Shown piece after piece: positions 56,154 to 64,000 of a stretch of DNA of 64,000 nucleotides (the first letter of the stretch is position 1; every line of letters starts with the position of its first letter). A program made the position numbers and the translations under genes. Below the pieces are notes generated by a model, which searched no databases, had not been told where the DNA came from, and saw only the letters and a program-made list of their open reading frames with translations. The DNA is from an uncultured Thermoplasmatales archaeon (GTDB lineage: Archaea > Thermoplasmatota > E2 > DHVEG-1), in the NCBI GenBank assembly GCA_964597365.1, contig CAZQXW010000003.1:15139-79138 (forward strand), written 5' to 3'.

Positions 56154-59134
56154 TTCTCACCTTTTTTAATTATTGCTTTTCCCTTTTTAGCATCAATTAT
56201 TGCTTCAAGAGGTTTATTGGTTTTGATATGTTTAATAAATTCGGTTTCTTTCAATGTTTCTTGTTTTTTAAGCCAATTGTGGTTTATATCCTCTGGTTTT
56301 TTTGTAATCAGGTATCCAACCTGTGATGCTATCATGTCATGGAAGAAGTGTGAGCCTTGTGATGGGTCTATATGTCTTTCTTTGTAGGGTGTTTCAACTA
56401 TTACTTTTGCACCTGCAATATCACTCCAGACAACTGGTATACCAAGCCAGGGATCTGAAGAGCCCCATCGGCCAGGTCCTATCAATATATATGGTCTGTT
56501 TTCATCCATTAATTCGAGGTTTATTTTCTTGATTTCATTTACAACCTTTGCAGAGTTGGACATATCAAATTTACTTGGATCAATGTATAATATATCTGAT
56601 AAGTCTTTTATAACTCCGTTTCCAAGACAGTTTTCACTGTAAAACAATATTTCTTTACGAGGGATTTTGTCTATATCGATGTTTATCTTTTCATCTGGAG
56701 GGACCATGTTTCTTATCTGAAGTATTATCAGCTCTGATGGTTCGCCTCCCTCTTTAGAGGTGTTTAGCGCGAATTCGATTTCTACGGGATATCCCAATGC
56801 TATCTCGCTGATTGAAAGAATTAATTTTAAAGCCTTTGCAAGTGGGATTGAATCATAGTTTAGAATTGGTGAGAAGTCTACTACTAGATAACCCTTGTCA
56901 TATATACCCGGATAAAGGCTATCATCCTCAGGAATATATGTTGATACTACCTTGTCAAGTATACCGTGTTTTTTGGCGACATCAATTTCTAATTTATCCA
57001 GAGATGTTTCTTCATCATATTCAACGAACTTGTAAATTGACCTGAGGTTTAACGCATAAAAACTTGATTGGGCATATTTCATGTAGTCCTTTGGAGTGCC
57101 AAATAATGGTCTTTTAGGTTTACTTGGGCAGAATGCAAAGCTGCTGCCACCATCCACAATTGCTTTTCCAAGACCGAGTGCAAGATAAGCAATACCCTCC
57201 TCAGGTTTGCATGACCCGGAAGGGTAATAATTATAAGATTTTGCAACTCCTGAGATTGTTGGATAAAAATAATTATCATGACGAGTTCCGGCTACTTCTT
57301 GAATTAGAACCGCCATTTTTTCGTCCCCAATATGTTTTGGAGTGTTTTTAATATATGTTCTTGCCTGCTCAAAATAAGTAGAGGCATAGACATGCTTTAT
57401 AGCATTGCATACCTCCTGAAAACGGAGGTCTGCTTCCCATGACTCATTTGGAAGAAGCATTGATGCATATATTCCTGCAAAAGGTTGCATCAAAGAGTCT
57501 TCAAGAAGACCGGAGGATCGCGCAATAAGTGGTTTACGGGTTTTTTTTATAAAAGAGCGTAAATCGCCTAAAACTGTTGCAGGAAGACTTGCATGCATAA
57601 ATTTTGAAGATATTCTTTCGTTGGATAATGTTGCAAAATCCAGGTCAGTTAGATTGTTGTGATTCATGAACATATCAAAAACATCTGTAGAAAGAACAAT
57701 ACTTCTTGGAACCGTAATCCTAAGCCCTGGAAACATATCTTCTGTAATATATTTAGAAAGAAGTTTTGCAACAAATGCTATACCACGGGCTTTACCGCCA
57801 AGTGCTCCATCACCAATACGACTAATTTTTACATAAGGATCATCTATCTTTTGAGAGAAACTAGCAATTGCTGACTGGTTAACTGAGTATTTGTAGTCTT
57901 CAATTACCTCTATCAGTTTTTTCTTTAACGCTTCTTCATTATCAAAACGTTCTTCTGCTTCAGAGCATTTTTTTGCAAGATCTATTTCCCCTATGCTCTT
58001 AATCCATCGTGATATCTCATGATTCTGTGCACAATTATAAATGAGTTTGCTGTCAATTTTATGTATCTCTTTTTGTAGTTCTTCAATCTGAGAGACCTGT
58101 GAGATTTCTTTTCCGTTTTTATCTTTGAAAATAAGTTTATGCGGGCCAAGGTTTTTTTTAATAAATTTTCTCAGAATGTTCATTAGGTTGTTTGATGTTT
58201 TTGAAATGATTTTGGTATTTTTGTTTTCAAGTTCTTTTTTGTCAATAGGTTCTGAGGATTGGATAATTATTGGTAAATCTGGTTTTTCTTCAGATACTTT
58301 ATTTGCCATTTCAATTCCTATTTGTTTTCTATCACCGTTTGTCTTCAGATAATTGTCTGATATTATAAACAAAAGGTCGTCTTTATATTGATTATAAAGC
58401 CTATTTGCCTGCTCGTAATCTCCGGTATGAATGATAAAAGGACGGTTTTTGAACCTCAGTGTTTTTTGCTCGCAGCCCAGATTGTTTGTTATTATTTGTT
58501 TTAAATAGTTGCAAATTTCTTCGTTTATAAGGGATAGATAACTTGAGTAATGTTGTATTGAATCTTCGATTAATAAAATACAGTTTTTTTTATCAATCTT
58601 TGAAAGCTTTTCCAGGTTTTTTTTATCTTCAAAAATTTGAACGATGCTTAGTATTATTTTCCCGTCTCCGTTCCAGGTAAAATATTTATCGATTTTTACT
58701 TCAGAGTCTTCTAATAATCTTGAGATTTCTGAAATCTTGTTATCTAATAATACTAAAGGCGCGTTTGTTTTTGCTTTTATATTTTTTGTAAGTTGATCTA
58801 TTTTTTTATCAGGCGGCTTGTTGAATAGAATTATCAAATCAAAATACTCATTAGAAATTTTTTCAATTACTTGCTCTTCAGTTTCTACATGGGTAATTAC
58901 TGGATTTTGCCCTTCTTCAAAGTTGCACCATTCTGAAAAAAGAGCGTTGAGCCTTCCTTCTTCTTCTAAAAGAAAATAGTCAAAAGAAGAAGAAAGAAGT
59001 AATATTTTTTTAATTTTGTATTGTCTAAATTCCTTTACAAGGTCGTAGCATGCTTGTTTGTTTATATCTGTATCTGTGCCTGTTATTTCTTGTATTTTTT
59101 CTTTTATCTTTTGTTCTTTATCATTTACAAGCAT
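56150..59134 (-). CDS. Giant multidomain protein (about 994 aa): two N-terminal receiver(REC)-like domains followed by PPDK_N-type ATP-grasp domain and His-less swivel-like segment
   Basis: REC-like 1 is degenerate (KILLLSSSFDYFLLE...FDLIILFNKPPD...APLVLLD). REC-like 2 (CILLIEDSIQ...LLFIISDNYLKTNGDRKQIGIEMANKV...LPIIIQSS). PPDK_N hallmarks GGKARGIAFVAKLL, LIARSSGLLEDSLMQPFAGIYASMLLPN, EFALNTSKEGGEPSELIILQIRNM. Shared block YILIGPGRWGSSDPWLGIPV...QGSHFFHDM. The ORF-track TTG start at 59146 is replaced by ATG 59134. The stop overlaps the downstream gene start by 4 nt. Confidence 0.85.
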   Translation of the reverse strand: MLVNDKEQKIKEKIQEITGTDTDINKQACYDLVKEFRQYKIKKILLLSSSFDYFLLEEEGRLNALFSEWCNFEEGQNPVITHVETEEQVIEKISNEYFDLIILFNKPPDKKIDQLTKNIKAKTNAPLVLLDNKISEISRLLEDSEVKIDKYFTWNGDGKIILSIVQIFEDKKNLEKLSKIDKKNCILLIEDSIQHYSSYLSLINEEICNYLKQIITNNLGCEQKTLRFKNRPFIIHTGDYEQANRLYNQYKDDLLFIISDNYLKTNGDRKQIGIEMANKVSEEKPDLPIIIQSSEPIDKKELENKNTKIISKTSNNLMNILRKFIKKNLGPHKLIFKDKNGKEISQVSQIEELQKEIHKIDSKLIYNCAQNHEISRWIKSIGEIDLAKKCSEAEERFDNEEALKKKLIEVIEDYKYSVNQSAIASFSQKIDDPYVKISRIGDGALGGKARGIAFVAKLLSKYITEDMFPGLRITVPRSIVLSTDVFDMFMNHNNLTDLDFATLSNERISSKFMHASLPATVLGDLRSFIKKTRKPLIARSSGLLEDSLMQPFAGIYASMLLPNESWEADLRFQEVCNAIKHVYASTYFEQARTYIKNTPKHIGDEKMAVLIQEVAGTRHDNYFYPTISGVAKSYNYYPSGSCKPEEGIAYLALGLGKAIVDGGSSFAFCPSKPKRPLFGTPKDYMKYAQSSFYALNLRSIYKFVEYDEETSLDKLEIDVAKKHGILDKVVSTYIPEDDSLYPGIYDKGYLVVDFSPILNYDSIPLAKALKLILSISEIALGYPVEIEFALNTSKEGGEPSELIILQIRNMVPPDEKINIDIDKIPRKEILFYSENCLGNGVIKDLSDILYIDPSKFDMSNSAKVVNEIKKINLELMDENRPYILIGPGRWGSSDPWLGIPVVWSDIAGAKVIVETPYKERHIDPSQGSHFFHDMIASQVGYLITKKPEDINHNWLKKQETLKETEFIKHIKTNKPLEAIIDAKKGKAIIKKGEK

Positions 59135-59167
59135 TATATTCAACAAACCCGTTTAGGGTGTTTGTCT

Positions 59168-60454
59168 CTATATCCATCCTCTGAGTTTGCATGATTCTGC
59201 TACTCTTTGGATTGCGATCATATATGCCGCATCGCTTATTCTAAGTTTCTTTCTCTGTGCAAGCTCCCATACTTTGTAGAAGGCATCTGTCATTTTGTTA
59301 TCCAGTTTTCCAAGGACTTCTTCTTTTGTCCAATAGTAATTTTGGTTTGATTGTACTTGTTCGAAGTAACTGCAGACAACACCGCCTGAGTTTGCAAGAA
59401 AGTCAGGTATTACTACTACATCGTTTTTTGTAAGTGTATCTTCTGCTTCGGGAGTAACTGGGCCATTTGCACCGCATATTACTATTTTGACACTCGGTTT
59501 GATTTCTTTTACATTGTCTTTTGTAATTGAGTTTTCAAGTGCTGCAGGTATAAGAATGTCTACTTCGTGTTTTAGCCAATCTGATCCTGGCAGCCTCTTG
59601 TATCCCATTTTTTCTGCTTTTTGTTTGTCGATTGTTCCAAATCTGTCTGTTATTTTTCTTAGTGCTCCAAGGTCTATTCCATCTTCTTTATAATAAGAGT
59701 ATGCTTTTCCATCTTTTTGATCCCAACATGAGACACTTACTACTTTTCCACCGTAATCGATGAAAAGTTCTGCTGCATATTGGGCGACATTTCCAAAACC
59801 TTCTATTGCAGCTTTTGCTTTTGTTATGTCAATTCCCATTTCTTTTAATGATTCTCTAAGTTGATATACAAGGCCATAACCTGTTGCCTCAGTTCTTCCC
59901 AGTGATCCGCCAAGTGCTACCGGTTTTCCAGTAATAACACCAGGATATTGTCCTCCCTGAATTGCCTGAAATTCATCCATCATCCATAGCATGTGTTGTG
60001 CATTTGTCATAACGTCTGGTGCAGGGACATCACGAACAGGACCTATGTCTCGTGCGATCTGTCTTATCCATCCACGACATATGTTTTCTTGTTCTCTTTC
60101 AGAAAGATCATGTGGATCACATATTACTCCGCCTTTGCCTCCACCAAGAGGAATATCAGCAACTGCACATTTCCAAGTCATCCACATCGAAAGTGCTTTG
60201 ACTGTGTCTGCTGTTTCTTGTGGGTGGAATCTTATTCCTCCTTTACAAGGGCCTCTTGCATCGTTGTGTTGCACTCTAAATCCCCTAAAAACTCGTGTTG
60301 TGCCATCATCCATTTTTACAGGAATTGAGAAATGATATTCTCTGAGAGGATCTCTTAAAAGTTCACGTGTTGGTTCATCTAAATCTAACATATCAGCAAT
60401 TCTATCGAATTGTTGTTGGGCCATTTTAAATGGGTTATATCCTTCTTTTGCCAT
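59168..60454 (-). CDS. gdhA: Glutamate dehydrogenase (archaeal/Pyrococcus-type hexameric GDH)
   Basis: GPCKGGIRFHP, Lys-containing catalytic region, GFGNVAQYAAEL Rossmann fold. The ORF-track TTG start is replaced by the ATG at 60454, 8 nt after GGAGG. Confidence 0.95.
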   Translation of the reverse strand: MAKEGYNPFKMAQQQFDRIADMLDLDEPTRELLRDPLREYHFSIPVKMDDGTTRVFRGFRVQHNDARGPCKGGIRFHPQETADTVKALSMWMTWKCAVADIPLGGGKGGVICDPHDLSEREQENICRGWIRQIARDIGPVRDVPAPDVMTNAQHMLWMMDEFQAIQGGQYPGVITGKPVALGGSLGRTEATGYGLVYQLRESLKEMGIDITKAKAAIEGFGNVAQYAAELFIDYGGKVVSVSCWDQKDGKAYSYYKEDGIDLGALRKITDRFGTIDKQKAEKMGYKRLPGSDWLKHEVDILIPAALENSITKDNVKEIKPSVKIVICGANGPVTPEAEDTLTKNDVVVIPDFLANSGGVVCSYFEQVQSNQNYYWTKEEVLGKLDNKMTDAFYKVWELAQRKKLRISDAAYMIAIQRVAESCKLRGWI

Positions 60455-60587
60455 ATTTTTTTCCTCCAAATATAAGCAATCCGGCGATAAAGGAACACCT
60501 ATATATAATCTCCTAATGAAAAGTTCGACAAAAAGTGTAATTTGCTTCTAAACAATCTAGAAATAAAATAGAGAAAAAATAAAGGTT

Positions 60588-61961
<1,374 letters not shown>

Positions 61962-62167
61962 TTAATGTTATATATTAAAACTTTGCCACCAATAATTGTA
62001 TTAAAGCTCAGATTGGTGTGTTTTTTTCTACAATTATCTAGTTTTTAGTAGAGAAAAGCAAAAAAATGTTCTCTTTTTAATATTTAATTAGCTTTTAATA
62101 ATTAAAGATGCATACTATTTTTTGAGGGAGAAAGTACCGTCCTAGTTTTAATAGAGGTTTGATTTGG

Positions 62168-63505
62168 ATGAAAAGTGTTGTTTATGATAAGGAAAAAGTT
62201 TTAGAAACAGTAGAGAAGGAAAAAGTTTTGTTTATTCGTCTACAGTTCATAGACATTCTTGGCATGCCAAAAAATATTGTTATTCCACCATCCCGGCTTG
62301 GCGATGCTCTAGATAAGGGAATTCCTTTTGATGGTTCTTCAATCGCAGGTTATGCAACTATTGAAGAATCTGATAAGATTGCAAAGCCCGATCCTAAAAG
62401 CTTTGTAATATTACCAGAGGAAATTGATAAAAGGAAAACCGCAAAGCTAAACTGTGATATTTACGAGCCAAGTGGCAAACGCTTTGAGGGTGATACTAAA
62501 TATATCCTTGAAAAAGTTGTAAATAAAGCAAAAAAAATGGGCTATATCTATAATACTGGGCCTGAATGCGAGTTTTTCTTATTCAAAAAAGAAAATGACG
62601 AATATACAACTATTCCAAATGATGCTGCAGGATATTTTGATTTATCTCATAGAGATTTGGCAGAGGGCGTTCGTGCTGATGTTTCACTTGCCCTTAATGC
62701 GTTTGGAATTAGTACATATACTTCACATCATGAGGTCTCAGATGGGCAACATGAAATAAATTTCAAATATGCAGATGCTCTTACCACAGCAGACAGAGTT
62801 ATAACTCTAAAGTATGTCACTAAAGTAATTGCAAGAAAGCATAACCTACATGCAAGTTTCATGCCAAAGCCTTTGTTTCGAAAAGCAGGAAGTGGTATGC
62901 ATACACATCTAAGTCTTTTTACAAAAAATGGCAAAAATGCTTTTTATGACCCTAAAGCCAAGAACCAATTGAGTAAGACCGCGCTTTATTTTATAGGTGG
63001 GCTTTTAAAATATGTAAAAGAGATATGTGCTATTTTAAATCCTACAGTAAACAGTTATAAGAGGCTTGTTCCCGGTTACGAGGCCCCTACATATATATCA
63101 TGGGCAAATCGAAATAGAAGTGCGCTTATCAGAATACCTACAGGGCGAGATGATAGCACCCGTTGTGAGTTACGTAATCCCGATCTTTCGGGAAATCCCT
63201 ACTTGCAGTTTGCAGCTATGCTTGCAGCAGGTTTGAGCGGTATCGAAAATAAGGTTACTCCTCCAGAGCCTGTTGAAAAAAATATTTATTCACTTTCTGA
63301 AAAAGAAAGAGAAAAACATGGCATTCATCATCTACCTGAAAGCTTAGGTCATGCAATAGGACTCATGCAGGATAGTGCTCTTCTAAAAGAAATACTTGGG
63401 GACCATGTTTTTAATAATTTCTTGTATGTTAAAAGAAGTCAGTGGGAAGAATATAGAACTCAAGTTACGCAATGGGAGATTGAAAAATATTTACCTATTC
63501 TATAA
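62168..63505 (+). CDS. glnA: Glutamine synthetase type I
   Basis: FDGSSIAGYATIEESD, ATP-binding KPLFRKAGSGMHTHLSLF and overall GSI-alpha length. There is no adenylylation-loop insertion. The ORF-track TTG start is replaced by the ATG at 62168. Confidence 0.95.
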   Translation: MKSVVYDKEKVLETVEKEKVLFIRLQFIDILGMPKNIVIPPSRLGDALDKGIPFDGSSIAGYATIEESDKIAKPDPKSFVILPEEIDKRKTAKLNCDIYEPSGKRFEGDTKYILEKVVNKAKKMGYIYNTGPECEFFLFKKENDEYTTIPNDAAGYFDLSHRDLAEGVRADVSLALNAFGISTYTSHHEVSDGQHEINFKYADALTTADRVITLKYVTKVIARKHNLHASFMPKPLFRKAGSGMHTHLSLFTKNGKNAFYDPKAKNQLSKTALYFIGGLLKYVKEICAILNPTVNSYKRLVPGYEAPTYISWANRNRSALIRIPTGRDDSTRCELRNPDLSGNPYLQFAAMLAAGLSGIENKVTPPEPVEKNIYSLSEKEREKHGIHHLPESLGHAIGLMQDSALLKEILGDHVFNNFLYVKRSQWEEYRTQVTQWEIEKYLPIL

Positions 63506-63623
63506 AGAGGTTTTTAAGCCTCTTACACTATTTTTTAGTTGATAATGTTTTCAAATTTAAGCAAGTTTTTTAAATAGTTTTGACATACGTTTTTTTGTTG
63601 AGGTGAAGTACTTGAGTTTTGAG

Positions 63624-64000
63624 ATGCAAGTTGTAAGTAATACCCCTTTGATAGGGGAAGAGGATCCTGAGCTTGTTGCAAAAAAATTCTTCGAGCAAAT
63701 TGGGTATCTCTCAAAAGGCAGTGACCCTGATATTCCTTTTAAGATATTTAACGAATATTTTCTCAAACATCCTGATAAAGCATGGTATGTTGAAGAGATT
63801 TCTAATTCTCTGAAGACCTCAAAGCCAACTGTGTATCGCCATCTAAACAAACTCAAAGGATTTGATATTCTAGAGGAAGTTCAAGTTTTTGATGAAAATA
63901 CAAAGCAAAACAAAAAAGCATATAGATTGAGATATGGAAACATTCAAAAAGCCTGGAACTTTGTCGAAGCGCATTTAAAAGTTGCAATTGAAAATTATGG
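63624..64000 (+). CDS. Winged-helix transcriptional regulator (partial, continues past window end)
   Basis: Open frame from ATG 63624 to the window end: MQVVSNTPLIGEEDPELVAKKFFEQIGYL...WYVEEISNSLKTSKPTVYRHLNKLKGFDILEEV. The last stretch is a typical wHTH recognition helix plus wing. It was not in the ORF track because it is unterminated. Confidence 0.55.
   Translation, partial: MQVVSNTPLIGEEDPELVAKKFFEQIGYLSKGSDPDIPFKIFNEYFLKHPDKAWYVEEISNSLKTSKPTVYRHLNKLKGFDILEEVQVFDENTKQNKKAYRLRYGNIQKAWNFVEAHLKVAIENY

Noticed and set aside
63557-63856. 99-aa minus-strand ORF after glnA
   Set aside because: The plus strand carries an open frame to the window end that encodes a clear winged-helix motif (KPTVYRHLNKLKGFDIL). 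The minus-strand ORF has no recognisable features.

Overview
This is a low-GC (about one third G+C), gene-dense archaeal chromosomal segment. The archaeal assignment rests on aRF1 with the GGQ motif, two TATA-binding proteins, Alba, tRNA-splicing endonuclease, GatD, archease, NMD3 and translin, plus TATA-box promoters with short or absent leaders. I found no rRNA genes, tRNA genes, CRISPR array, integrase or transposase. The gene content points to a peptide/amino-acid fermenting lifestyle: an OPT oligopeptide transporter, an NSS sodium:amino-acid symporter with a small coupled subunit, indolepyruvate:ferredoxin oxidoreductase IorAB, two glutamate dehydrogenases of different lineages, glutamine synthetase, two-subunit pyruvate carboxylase and enolase. 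A NuoE/NuoF/(2Fe-2S+GltD) flavoprotein complex resembles Stn/Nfn-type electron-bifurcating transhydrogenases. There is a rich set of secreted or surface hydrolases: a 1194-aa surface protein with caspase-fold motifs, two tandem secreted metacaspase-like peptidases, an extracytoplasmic Lon-type S16 peptidase without an AAA+ domain, an NTN-hydrolase fused to a PQQ beta-propeller, and a beta-helix/HExxH metallopeptidase. The most unusual locus is 53.0-59.1 kb. It holds two translationally coupled giant proteins (about 1000 aa each) built around PPDK_N-type ATP-grasp domains. Each carries a His-less swivel-like segment. One adds two REC-like domains; the other adds a GAF-like N-terminus and a C-terminal minimal nucleotidyltransferase. 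They sit between a metallophosphoesterase gene and the gdh-gdh-glnA nitrogen-assimilation genes. I propose this as a candidate undescribed signalling or protein-modification system. The ORF track translates TTG/GTG as M, so I re-evaluated starts by hand.
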